Assembly (NCBI GenBank): GCA_044892525.1 | Contig: CM097885.1 | Location: forward strand, 149,854,001-149,918,000 | DNA from: Schmidtea polychroa | Taxonomy: Eukaryota | Direction: 5' to 3' | DNA: 64,000 bases | Shown: in pieces, positions 1 through 12,457 of the stretch | Layout of the letters: each line of letters starts with the position of its first letter | Position numbering within the stretch: the first letter of the stretch is position 1 | Made by a program: the position numbers and the translations under genes | The notes under the pieces: model-generated | The model's database searches: none | Seen by the model: only the letters and a program-made list of their open reading frames with translations | What the model was told of the DNA's origin: nothing

Positions 1-451
1 ATTTGACTTTTATCGTAGACACAGACCTAGTTTCGGAGTCATTGGTGCAGTTTTGAGTCAAATTACAGAATATGGAGAAGAATCTGTCATAGCTTATGGC
101 TCGAGACATATGTCATCACATGAAAAGGGATACTGTGTAACCAGGAAAAAACTGCTCGCCGTACATGAATACGTCATGCATTTTAGAGAATATCTGTACG
201 GGAAAAAATTCATAATTCGCACCGACCACAAGGCATTGGTTTTCATGAACACTACAAAAACGCCAATCAGTCCGCAATTCCAAACATGGTTAGCTAACCT
301 GTCGGAATATGATTTTGAACTAAAATATAATAATATAATAAGAACACTCGAATGCAGATGGACTATCAAGATAAAAAAGTATGGTTTGCACCCAGTGTCA
401 AACAAGACATGAAGAAGCTAAGGAAGGAAAATCAAAGATTAGATATATATA

Positions 452-1907
452 GCATTTTCGCGTTAAATTAGACACTTTCCATTTTAAATTAGACACTTTC
501 GAATTTGAATTGGACACTTTGAAAGTTGAATTGGACATTTTAAAAGTTAAATTGGACACTAGTTATAAAACTGTAAAAGATGTGAATTTATATTTCAAAT
601 AAGACGACTTAAATCAAACATGATTTTTCAAATTTTAAATCTCTCTCCTGCCACTGCTTTTGAAATGTTATCATATGCATAACATATCCATTTAATATTG
701 TTCAAGCCATTACAGATAATATCCCGTAGATTTACATTATCCACATTCGATGATAAAATATTCTTGACGAAACTCTTCAACTTACTCCATGCATTTTCGA
801 TGGGATTCTGCATGTATGAATAGGGTGAGAGAAATTTCAATACAAATCCGGTATCGGTAAAGATGTTTCGTATATAATCAGTTTTATGAATTTGAGCATT
901 ATCTAAAACTATCCATGCACCATTGTAAATCTCATCGCGTTGAATAATCGCAATTAGCTCCATTAAAAAATCACCGAATATTAAACTTGTACATGTACTG
1001 TCGTCAAAAATGTGGCTATGAATAATTTTGTTTGAATTCATTGCTGCAATAACAGTTACATTTCGACCTCTCACTGTTGGCATCACGATATTTACCCTTG
1101 TTCCAATTTTTGAGCGGGCGGTAGTTCGACGAATATGTAGATTAAAACCACATTCGTCTATAAAAATGCATTTCTCTTTTAGCGCGGGAGCATTTCGGGC
1201 AAAATCCAATGCGTATCGTCGTCTCTTTTCAATGGTTTCTGGTAAATGTACTCGTTCAAGTTCACGAGAAGCCTTTTTACATGTAGTACGAAGCTTCTCA
1301 AGACATTTAGACACAGACGTGGTTGATAAAGACACTCCTTCGGCTTAAAGTTTGTTTTTTATCATTTTTAAAGTAGTTTGATTATGGTTCTCTACAAAAA
1401 ATTCAATTCGGTCTAGTATATTATCCGTAATTTTTGTTTTATTGTTACCACCTCTTTTTCCTACAATAAAAGTTCTTTTACGCTTGTAGTTGTTTATTAT
1501 CGTTCTCGCGGTGCTCTCATCAATTCTGCAAGCAGCTGCTGCTTCCCTTATTGTTTTCCCGTCCACTGTGACCATGCTTATTAGCACCAATTTAACGTCC
1601 CGGGTGGATTTGGCATACGATTTCTTTATAGGAGATTCGCGATTCTCATGCACATCCGCACCATCAATTTCAGTTTCTTCAATGTTTGATATCGGCCATT
1701 TGACATGATTAATGATTTCAAACGATTATATTTTTTTGGGCGGGAATTTAGTTGCTATGTTCTGTTTATAAAGTATTTCTATAAAAACACATATATTAAA
1801 TAGTAGGGGTGTTATAACTAATGTCCAATTTAACTTTTAAAGTGTCCAATTCAACTTTTAAAGTGTCCAATTCAAATTCGGAAGTGTCTAATTTAACGCG
1901 AAAATGC
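452..1907 (-). mobile_element. Tc1/IS630-like DD34E DNA transposon with ~100-120 bp TIRs, inserted at TA in the Gypsy pol
   Basis: Left end GCATTTTCGCGTTAAATTAGACACTT is the reverse complement of the right end AAGTGTCTAATTTAACGCGAAAATGC. TIRs are built of ~21-bp AATT(A/G)GACA subrepeats (5 left, 4 right). Flanked by (TA)4 and (TA)10. Removing the element restores the Gypsy frame ...KIRYILSKEQK. Confidence 0.93.
628..1653 (-). pseudogene. Tc1-like DDE transposase pseudogene
   Basis: HTH region (1345-1653) is in frame with the catalytic region (628-1335), separated by one TAA. Motifs IFIDECGF, VLDNAQIH and SPYSYMQNPIE, with 34 residues between the second D and the E. No in-frame ATG found. Confidence 0.9.
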
Positions 1908-3128
1908 TATATATATATATATATATACTATCCAAAGAACAGAAGCTATGAAAAAAGTATGGGAACAACACCAACGAAAGGACATTCGGTTTCGAGAGCT
2001 GCGAGAGATATTGGAAATGGATGTACACGGGAGAAAAAGAATTGTTTTCCTTTTAACGTAAAAAATACACAAATTGATGGAGGATTATTAACAGTAGAAA
2101 AGAACAAAAATATCTTAATGTTAGTCCCAGAAACATTTGCAGGCCTGTTAACAACAACGCTACATGAAGAACTATGTCACATTGGAGTTATGAAATTATT
2201 TCATTATATGGAAAAGATATTTTATTGGCCGAAAATGCAAGAAACAATCCAACTCTGTTTACAATGTTGCGAGATCTGCGCTAAGAGAAAGATCGATTAG
2301 ACAAGAACCAAGGAAACATTTATTCCTAGATATAGCTCTGAATTCCTAGAACAGATTGTTATAGATGTGACTTACATGGACATAAACGCCATAAAAAATA
2401 TGGTAGTAATGGTGGACCGTTTTAGCAAACTGATTTCTTTAACTTCAATCACAAAGCAAGACGAAGGGACCATTTTCAAAACAATACTTAATAGTTGGAT
2501 CTATCGATTTGGAAAACCGAAGAGTATTTTAACAGATAGAGGCCGAAATTTCGAAGGGAATTTCCTGAGACAGAAGCTACAGGAACTTGGAATCAAACAG
2601 AAATTCAGCTCACCTTATCAGCACCAATCAAATGGTTTAGCCGAAAGAGCCATACGAACGATAAGAGATCTTATTACAGCAACATTGGCAAGTGGATGTG
2701 AAGAGAGAAACTAGCACGAACTTCTACCCAGAATAGAGTTCACTATAAATAGCAGTCGACAAAGTGCTACAGGTTATTCACCATTTGAGATAATTTATGG
2801 ACGGAGTGTTAACCTACACTCTAACCTGAAACAAGATATCAAGAAGCGAAACAATCGAAGACGCGAGATTTAACTCGAGTAAAGCCGCAGACACTATGAG
2901 AGCTATGGATAAGACAAAGAGGAGCACTCGTGTTTTAGAGGTGGGGGAGGAGGTATTCGTACGTAAAGAGCCGCAGAACAGGCACAAGGATGGTATGCAA
3001 TACGATGGCCCATATAAAATCGCCAGATTTCTATCACCTCATCGAGTTGAACTACACTCACAAGAAGGAACGAAAGAAAGAAGAATCGAGTGGCTGAAGA
3101 AATAGAAAAAGTCTTAAGAAGGGGAGAG

Positions 3129-3304
3129 TTAGATATCTTGTTGTTTTAATAATTTGGAATTGGCGGTTTTTGTGAATTAAATAAAACTTGTTATTTATAA
3201 ATTCTTTGAATAAATATATATTGTTAGTTTCAAGATTTTTCTGCGAAATTTAAAGATGGATCTAAAGATGGATTTAACTGTTAATAAATCAATTTCTTAT
3301 TTAC
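3129..3304 (+). repeat. Candidate short 3' LTR of the Gypsy relic
   Basis: Directly follows the PPT, contains AATAAA and ends in TTTACA. The 5' end reads TTAGATA instead of TG, and the partner LTR is outside the window. Confidence 0.4.
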
Positions 3305-4350
3305 ATTTACTTATAAAATTTATATTTTTTTAAATTTAGTGTAAAATATTTAATTTTAATTGTATTTTATAAAAGTCATCAATTTTAATATTTATCTTAT
3401 TTTGATTAAAAAGAGTAATAACTAATATTATGATAATTGTTTTCGAAATTGAAATATTTAGTGTAAAATAGTAAATTTAATAATAAATAGATATTTTTAC
3501 ATTATTAAAAGACTTATTCAACAAAAAAAACTTTTTTATTTCTAATGTTTTATTCCATCAATAAATTTAAGTCTATATCTGGTAAAAAAAAATTAATTAC
3601 GAATTTCTAATATTTTAGAATTTAAAAAACTTATAAATTTTTATTGTATTTTATAAGACTAATATTTGAATATTAACTTATTTTTATTGAAAAGGGTAAT
3701 TGTTTTTGAAATTAGAAATTATTAAGGTATTGAAGTATTTATTCAAATATTTGAAAAAAAATCCTAATCAATATTTCTCAGTCAAATATCATTCACAGCT
3801 TGTTATGTAGTCACGGTTTGTTATGCAATAAAATATTTTAAAATAATTTAAGTTGATTATATCCTCCTCACTTATATTCCCACGATTCTCGATTTTCCAT
3901 TAATTAATCCTTTATATTCCCCCGATTCTCGAAATTTGAAAATCTTAATTTTTACTTTTTAAAAATGATTGGTTTATGTTTATTCCAGTTATTAATCTCA
4001 AGTGAGCGAGAAAATGAAAAGACAATTAATCTAATTTATTTTCCCAAATCCCTTATCATATTGGGATTTGTCTATGGAATCATTTTTTAATTTGGGACGT
4101 AATCAGCCAGTTGACTGATTAATTGTTTAAAATTTCCCATATAAAAGAGATTTTCTTTTATTGTATTTATCAATTGGAATTTTATGTATTTAATCATTTT
4201 TTCAAGTATCTAGAAAATCTGTTGAAAAATCGCACATTTCGAAGTATAATTTAAGAAGTTCTAATTGTAATTTTAATTACAATTTGCAATTTCAGCTAAA
4301 TGTAATTTTTTGATTTTTTTTTCTAAAGATATCTTAAATTTTCTTTTTAG

Positions 4351-4726
4351 ATGCAACTTAACAAGGAGGAAAAAGTCAATGGTGTTACTACCAAAGAAAC
4401 AATTATTACTTCTGAAGATAACTAAACCTCCTGTTGAAAGACCATATGAAAGAAAATGAAGTAATGTTAATGCCAGCCCAACAGTAGAGCCAACTACTTT
4501 TAAATCAGAAAATGAATTAACAATTGAACCTAAATCAGCTAAACCAAAGACACCATCTGGTAACACAGGTAATTTTGTTTTCGAAATAATTCACAAAATT
4601 CACAATTTCTAACCAAGATAATTCAGAATACGAATGGTGAAAAACATTGGATTCGAAAATTTACCAGACCAAATCGATAGACGATCACTTTTCAATGGAT
4701 TTGAATTTAATTTAATGGTTGTTGGA
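4351..4726 (+). pseudogene. Septin gene fragment (N-terminal extension exon plus IGF...MVVG exon), disrupted
   Basis: 4646-4726 translates IGFENLPDQIDRRSLFNGFEFNLMVVG, matching the septin [27 protein letters not shown] motif. Upstream exon-like segment 4351-4568 has AG/GT ends but carries a stop and a frameshift. No GKST P-loop follows. Confidence 0.65.
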
Positions 4727-4735
4727 TGTCAAGAC

Positions 4736-5081
4736 CAATGTTCCCTCTAAGCCATAAGCAGCAGTGCGCGCAAAGTCAGCTGCGCTGAGCAGCCTTTAAA
4801 TACAAATGAGCGTCAAAATGCTATAACGTGGTTGTAAGAGTTTTAAAACGACGCTACTGAAATATACCGTTATTATGCATCTGGTTATTAACATTGAAAA
4901 TTTTTAAATATTCAAAATGAACCACATAATAATATTGAGTATCAAAAATTCGTAATGTTTTATAATAAATATGTTAATTGGAAGGTGAAAATAAAATAAA
5001 AAATAAAGTATACTGGGCTGAAAATAATTTTGCTGCGCTGGGGTGTTGGAGGTGCTGCGCGCGCAGCTTAGAGGAACGTTG
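4736..5081. mobile_element. hAT-type MITE (346 bp)
   Basis: TIRs CAATGTTCCCTCTAAG / CAACGTTCCTCTAAG. Perfect 8-bp TSD GTCAAGAC (4728-4735, 5082-5089). Confidence 0.9.
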
Positions 5082-6562
5082 GTCAAGACTCTGTTTCTCT
5101 CACAATAAAACTTATTATTATTTATTTAAGTAATTTGAATATTAATATTAATTTGAATTAAATATTTAGTTTAGAAATTTTAAATTAGATCAAATTATAA
5201 TAATAATTAATGTAAATGATTATATTCTTTAATTATTCATGTATTCCGACGTCTACTAGAGTATAGTCAGTTATTTATTTGATTTGTCGCGCATGTAGAA
5301 TTATACACCAAACACCACTGAGAACCGTTTCCTATAATATAACAAAATAATCAATAATCTTACATTATAGAAACATACATACTTACTTTGATTTCACGAT
5401 GATGTTCTCATTTTTAGCTCAGTGAGATACATCTTATACTATAGAAATCTGAAAAGTGGAAGAAAAATTAAAAACTGCACACAAACGCAACACATATTAA
5501 AAAACACATACAAACTTTTGATTCGTAGAAATGTAACGATGAGATACGTTTCTATAATAATTCTATTTTAGACAATTTTTAGAAAAAAAAGATCGTTGAA
5601 AATTTTTAAAATTATATTTTAATGAAAATATCAAGAGCAGATGAATTTAGTTCAATATCTTTTTACTCCAGATTTGATTTCCTGAAAGAATCCCCTCATA
5701 TTGAGCTCAGAAAAAAAATTACAAAAATTAAAAAAATTATTTTAATCAGCGATTTTTCCCAAAATGTTTTAAAAAAATACACATTTTGGGGGATTTATTT
5801 ATTTATTAATTAATTATAATTAAAAATATATAGGTCTCAAATATTTTCGAAATAATTCCAAGATAAATATCATAAAATTCCTAAAAAAATTAATTAATTC
5901 CTGAAAATTAATTAAAAATAATTTATAATTATACTGTTGATTAAAAGTAATATTTAAGAACTTGAATAATGATCTCATAACTCATATGGATCAGAATTCA
6001 AGTCTTAAAATTTACTTTAAATTAAAAAAATTACTTGAAAGCCATTTGTAAAATGGCTAAAATAAATTTCCAAACAAATTTCAATTTCATGATAAATGAA
6101 TAAATGTGATGATGAGTAAATCGGTGAGAGAAATTGTTCTACACGCCAACCACCACTATAGAGAACGTATCTCAGTGGTGTTTGGTGTAATAAGGTAGTG
6201 ATGAAATTGGAAACACTAAATGTTATGATTAACATCGACGATGAAACAATAATAATTCGTCTGATTCAATTGCATGAACCACTGAATCCCAGCAAAATTT
6301 ACCGTTGCATACTATTATATTTCATGAATCGATATTTTTTTTTATATTTTATTTTTATTAAAAAAAATCAACAATTAGATTCAAAACGAGATTGACTATG
6401 AATAATCGATATATGTATATTTTTTATTTTATTTATTTATCAATAATTTAAAATAAAAATTTTTCAATTCCCAATCTCAATTTCTCCAAAGTTTCCTTCA
6501 GAAAAACGGAAGTTTATTTTTATCATATCCAAAAGAAATCTGTTAAAATCTGCTACAAAAAC

Positions 6563-6886
6563 TTATGGAGTTATGAATTTTATGGACCTAATGGTCATCC
6601 AGTATATGATAATAAAAAAATAAGTGTCAATTGGTTCAGATTCTTGGTCTAGATGGAAATATTAAAATTTTAATAACTAATTGGTGGGGTCGATGTAAAT
6701 GTATTTAATTTTATAAATTTATTTAAAATTAAGGTATGGCATGATGAATTATTAAAGTGGAATTCCGAAGATTAACCGAATTTGTTTAGAAAAGCATTAT
6801 ATGTGGATGCCAGATATTCAATTATTATATTACCATAATTATTATAATGGCTGACAGAAGAGTCAATTGCATCACACAAAAGATAA
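6563..6886 (+). pseudogene. Cys-loop ligand-gated ion channel (nAChR-like) extracellular-domain relic
   Basis: Frames give YGPNGHPVYDN, QLVQILGLDGNIKILITNWW, VWHDELLKWNSED* and MWMPDIQLL, the ordered loop motifs of nAChR subunits. A 39-nt GT-AG intron lies at 6695-6733. Stops and frameshifts are present. Confidence 0.65.
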
Positions 6887-9210
6887 GTTATTATAGTAAT
6901 TTTTTTATAGCTACTGATCCTAGTCACCATGTCATGTTTCTTATTGGACACGATGAGGATGAAGAGATATTATATTTTGATTTCCGAAAAATAAAAATGT
7001 AAATAATAATCACTTAATAGCTCAATGATATTTATCTAATTTATCAAAATAGTAATTTCAAAAATTAATGTGTCAATAAACTTTTTTTCCCAACTGTTAG
7101 TCATTGGTTTATTTAAACTTAATTCATATATTTTACCTTTTGTGTAACTGTATTGAAATTTGTTGTGTTTATTTTGCAAATAACTGAATATAATCTGCAA
7201 ACTCTCATTGACATTTTAACCAGATACTCATTGATTATTTTATTGATGCATGATATTTTGAAATTAATTAACCGGTAACCTTTAATTGTTCACAGCATGG
7301 TAAAAATATTTTGAATCTCTCTATTTCTAATTTATTTATTTTTTTTACGTTCACATCATTTATTTAATGTTTTTAATCTAATTGGTTGATCTCACCTTCA
7401 TCCTCCGATTCTTCTGAAACCCCTTCTACCTTCATTCAAAAAATTACAAATTCTGCTTCGTGTTGAAATAATAATATCTCTAGGCGATCCAACCGCTTTC
7501 TCAGATGGAAGTTTTCTTCCTTCAAATCCGTTATCCTCCCATGCATATGTTGGGCTAGAACTGATTTCTAGACCCAAAACTCTAATTATGACTAAGGTGC
7601 GTAGGTACATAGCACGCAAACAGCAATAAGCCCAGTTAAATAGAAAAATACACCAAATAAACAATATTAATTAAGGAAAAAACAACAAAAAATATAAACA
7701 CAGAAATTAAATAAAATGATACAGATGCAAGAAGTAGTGCAAGAAACTTTCTCAAAACACAAAATTACAAAAAACAGACTCGAATAGCTTAGAAAGATGT
7801 TAAAACATCGGAAAATTCTAGAAAATCCCAGAACATTTCATAAGAATGGCGATAACCATCATGAAAGTCATATAAAACAATAAAAGTAATCAAATACAAT
7901 AATTAGTTATAAAAATAAAAATTCTTAAAAAGAAATTCAGAAAAACATCAATAAAATAAAAATTAATTTAAAATTAATATGGAATGTTCTGGAACCTTTC
8001 CAAATCCATCATGGAGGTAAATTTAGCAAGAAATAAATAGAAAATAAAAATTTAAAAATAAAAATAAAAATTATGGCGCAAAAATTGCCATTAAAAATAT
8101 CAAAAATAGAAAATAGAAAATTCTAGAATAAAAAGAATTCGAGTTTGTTTTAATGCATCAATACATACACGTGTACTTGCACACACAAAAATAGGTATAT
8201 ATACCGACGCATTTTAGTCACAAAAACACTCTTTATGCCAAAAAGTTTTCTTCGACACCAGAAAATCGATAATAAGGAAAATTTTATTGTATTGTTTATT
8301 CATGTATAATTATACGTATATGTTTATTTCAAATCACTTAAATATTATGATGCTAATTTATGCTGGCTTATTGAATTTTTTTTAATTTTTTATGTACATT
8401 TAAGCAAGAGTGATCATTGTCGTCTTAAAAGTATTTTGCTCACGACGATGACCAGCCTTGCTTCCAATTTAATAAGATCTCATGCACCAAATTTGGGTCA
8501 ACAACCCCACATGCACTAAAATCACACTTTTCTCATAACCAGAAGTCGCCACGAACTATTGGTGTTCAACCATGAGTAGGGCGGGTAAATCCATCTTGGT
8601 AGTTGGTATGGTCATAGGGACTATGCGGACAAAACAATTTCTGGGATACTAATCACGGGTAAATAACACAATAGGGCCTATCGTACCGTATTCAGTTGAA
8701 TCGGGAAAGTAGGTAAATTTTAATTAATTCGACCTTTCAGTAAATTACATACTATACTAACTATACTATAGGAGACACAACCTTAGGAAAATCTAAACGG
8801 GAAATATCCCAGACTTAATATTCTACAAAACACTCTAGTAGTCGGTTAATTGCACGAAATAGTTCAAATATTTAATATGCTCAATATAGAATAATATTAA
8901 TATACTATAATTGATGCTATCTATAATTATGTTTAATCGAAAGTTTAATGATTAAAACCCCGAATCTAGATCGAGTTTAACAAACCCAAGACATTGTGTA
9001 ATGATACTTTTTTATAAATTTAACACCCCTGAAAATGTTGTTAAACGAACTTTATATAATGTCATCAAAAATTAATTGGAAATACAATACGGTAGGTCTA
9101 TCATATTTTCCTTATACAGCCTCCAAAAAATTCATATTTAGAGAATCCTAGCCGGAATTTAATAGCCCAAAGGCATTTTTCACATTAGCATGTAGATTTT
9201 GGCACTTGCT

Positions 9211-9568
9211 AAAATATAATCCTTATTTGGTATCCATTTGACTAATTATAAAATGATTCTTAAATTATTCCGTAAAATTTCTTATGTTTATTGTCATACA
9301 TATTATATACTGGTTATATAAATACTTTAAAAATAAAATATAACCCTTATTTCGTGTCTATTTGAATAATTATAAAATAATGCTTAAATTATTTCAAAGA
9401 TTTTTTATGTTTATTGTCATACATATTATATACCAGTTATATAAATACTATAAAAATAAAATATAATCCTTAGATTGTGTCTATTTGCCTAATTATAAGA
9501 TAATTCTTAAATTATTTCGACAAATTTTTATGTTCATTGTCATACATATTATATAAATACTTTAAAAA
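9211..9568. repeat. Tandem repeat, ~124-bp unit x ~3
   Basis: Units start at 9211, 9335 and 9458 (AAAATATAA(T/C)CCTT...TTATGTTTATTGTCATACATATTATAT). Confidence 0.9.
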
Positions 9569-11698
9569 TTTTAAAGCACAACCATATTTCCCCTACAATT
9601 ACGATGATGATATGTATATATTTTGATTATATTATCTCTGTGAAAATCTTTTATAACCGCCCCTTTGAATCACATAGTCGTTAATGACTACCCCAGAGAG
9701 TAAGTTAATTAATAAATTCGTTTATATTTCCTTTAAAAATTAAATTGAACAAATTTTCTTCTTTTCAGACCCCCCCCCCCTCAACCTGCATGTAGATAGA
9801 AATCTTAAAGCTTTTCTAAACTTACGTTGATGGTAATGTCGTTATTTAATAATGGTTACGTCTTATTATGAACAATTAATATCAGCCAATTTATTCGATG
9901 AACTGGAATTTAAGAATAGCACGAATATGTTAAAATTAATCGAATAAAATGGACTTATATTCTACTACTAAGACGCGATTAATTTCTCCTTTCGCCATCC
10001 ATACCTATATAATACGATAGGACACTCCATCTTAACCCCTAATTCATTATGTACTTTACCCAAACCAATTTATCGATTTTGCCAAAATGTTACTATTATT
10101 AGAAAAGTTCAAAACCAACATTATCGATTTTCTTTTCCATGTAGTAAAATTTAGCCAATAGAACCGCTTCTATTAATAGAAACAATCCTACAAACTAAAG
10201 GGTGTCCTCATCGAACTTCCCTGGTTGACCAAATCGACGATGCATACGCTCTAGTGAACGAGCCAATCAGCATCGACCAAGACAGCAAGAACTCCAATCT
10301 TCGTGCAAAACCCATTACACCCTGGCAGATTTAACACTGTTACCCCAGAAGTAGATCACATGCATGCCAGAAAGGACAAGGGACCTTTTCCCCGAGAGCG
10401 ACTGTTTAAGTTAGGATAAATACCCAGTACAACCATAGACCAGGGATAATGAGGAGTATAGGTTACAGTTATAATCGCTAATTACTTAAATTCCAATGAA
10501 AAGCTAACAAAATTGCTTGATAACTATTACCTTACGCTAAACAAATTATTTAATTAAATTCAACAAGAGCGAAAAATTGTATTCAACGAAATCATAAAAT
10601 TTATTTAGGAAATCATTTTAGCCACTGAAAAAGTCTTACCGATGATATAGAAGGGTGAATGAAAGAGGGCTACTCTAAAATCCCTCGAGTTCAAATTGTT
10701 GCCTTAAATTCCCACGGCATAGATCCAAAATTTGAAATGAATACAAATTTCCATCTAAATACCCCACAAATTGAGTGTGTCGGCATATTTTGGATTTCCG
10801 CCAAGCAGCAATATCTCGAATATGTTATCCGACTGAGATGTCATGTCCAAAACGGAGGGTTTGGAGACCCATTTCTGAAATTAAACGAATTAAAAAAGAA
10901 TCAAAATTTAACTTACCCTTCAAATATCAGTAGATAATAAGGCCACTTATAATCATTATGGTCAGGGATTGCGAAGAGCCGAAATAAATTCAGACAATTA
11001 ACAATGCACGCTTTCCATAATGGGTCCTAGCAGCATAATTTCTGTTAACTATATTGAGACAAAGTTTTTAAACACATTGTCTGTATATTAAATTAATAAA
11101 TCAAACCTTTGAATAATTTAAACAATAGGCATCGGTATGGGCGATTTTAAATTTAATTTACTGTTGGTGTATGTAGGGGGAAAGATTAACCTTGTTGCCA
11201 AGCATACAAGTCTTCATCGTTCCGTTAAGACACTTCCCTTACATACTCCAAATGATCATGCAAATATTCCCACGCATGAGCCCGTGGTGATGTTCCACGT
11301 TGGTACTGCCCACACGGGTTGGAAAGGGTTAGCAGGTGAGCCCCTGCCTTAGGACTACTCCTAACCCCTACTCGGTTTAGGTTCTACGGTGCCTTAGAAG
11401 GGCTTACCCATTTCTACACTCATACTTGGTCCGACCCTGGTCCAAAGGGACGACCTTCCTTCCAGGACATATTTTCAGTTTACCAATCCATCCATGCATT
11501 TCATTCATCACTCTCACCATTACCTCAAAAAAAATTATATTGTTTATATTACACACCCGAATTTCCAAAAAACCGAACGTCTTACACCAATATATAATAA
11601 ATAACAACTAAATAACACTGATAATTTGTTATGTACAGGAGAGTTAGCTAGTAAGTCTATCCAGAGTAAGAGATAGGCACTGTCGTCGCATTAGCTCA

Positions 11699-12457
11699 TC
11701 AGAAGACTTCTCCATCGGCGAACACTTCATCTATATCCACAGGCAACCGGCGATCCGCCAGATACTTAATACCGTCGGCCGGAACTACCCTGAAGATTTC
11801 CTTGGCCGGAATCGTGTGAGAATTCGAAATCTCCTTGATGGTAGACTGGGCCACTGACAACGAAGCCTCTAGCGCTGCGATGGCGTTCCTGCGCTTTTGG
11901 TTTTTCTCAGAGCGCGTCGGCCTCTTGCGCTTCCGATGCGGCAATGTGGCTTTTACTGAAGACGGTGCGACAGTTGACACGAGAATCGGGGCCAAGATGG
12001 GGTCCATTGGGCCTCCTGCCATAGGTCGATAGCCTGAGAGAACTGGAGCGGGAATTGGTGGCAAATGTAGGCCATGCCCCTTACAACCCGTTGCTGATGG
12101 CTTCGAAGATTGGTGATGCACTGGGAACACGTTAGTCCCATCTTGAATTAGATATTCGCGAACTCGCTTCGCTATTTCAGATTCGGAATATACTTTATGA
12201 AGTGCCTCAGATTGGGCTTTTATGGTTAGCCTCTGACACCTACTCTCTTCTAGGAGACTGTCACGGCAGTGCTCCAGACGTAAGATCTTGCTCTTTTCTT
12301 CCTTCATTTGTGGCGGGGAGAACCACGTTCCTTCGTAGAGGTCAATTCTCTTTTTCAGTTCCCCGATGTACAGGTGTAGTTGCGCGATATCCGAATTTTT
12401 ATCGGCGCAGGAAAAACAAGGACGAAGATTTTTTCCAGTATTGGTTGCGGTGGTCAT
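11699..12457 (-). CDS. Orphan 252-aa ORF (CxxC, coiled coil, Pro-rich linker, basic NLS-like patch), probably a retroelement accessory protein
   Basis: Uninterrupted ATG-TGA ORF, visibly GC-richer than its flanks. CFSC is followed by heptad-like IAQLHLYIGELKKRID, and later HRKRKRPTRSEKNQKRR. No family recognised. Confidence 0.55.
   Translation of the reverse strand: MTTATNTGKNLRPCFSCADKNSDIAQLHLYIGELKKRIDLYEGTWFSPPQMKEEKSKILRLEHCRDSLLEESRCQRLTIKAQSEALHKVYSESEIAKRVREYLIQDGTNVFPVHHQSSKPSATGCKGHGLHLPPIPAPVLSGYRPMAGGPMDPILAPILVSTVAPSSVKATLPHRKRKRPTRSEKNQKRRNAIAALEASLSVAQSTIKEISNSHTIPAKEIFRVVPADGIKYLADRRLPVDIDEVFADGEVF

Larger units (their letters stand above)
1..3128 (+). mobile_element. Decayed Ty3/Gypsy pol 3' half (RNase H, integrase, GPY/F, PPT), interrupted by a Tc1-like element
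   Basis: RNase H motifs (TDTDL..AVL, KLLAV, TDHKAL) at 1-412. Integrase HHCC (LHEELCH...CEIC), VDRFSK / TDRGRNF / SNGLAER core and YDGPY at ~2150-3105, with in-frame TAG stops at 2298-2300 and 2712-2714. Polypurine tract AAGAAGGGGAGAG at 3116-3128. Confidence 0.9.

Noticed and set aside
7385-7547. Minus-strand coiled-coil-like peptide DLKEENFHLRKRLDRLE, reminiscent of the centrosomin CM1 motif
   Set aside because: Short, contains a stop, and has no supporting context.
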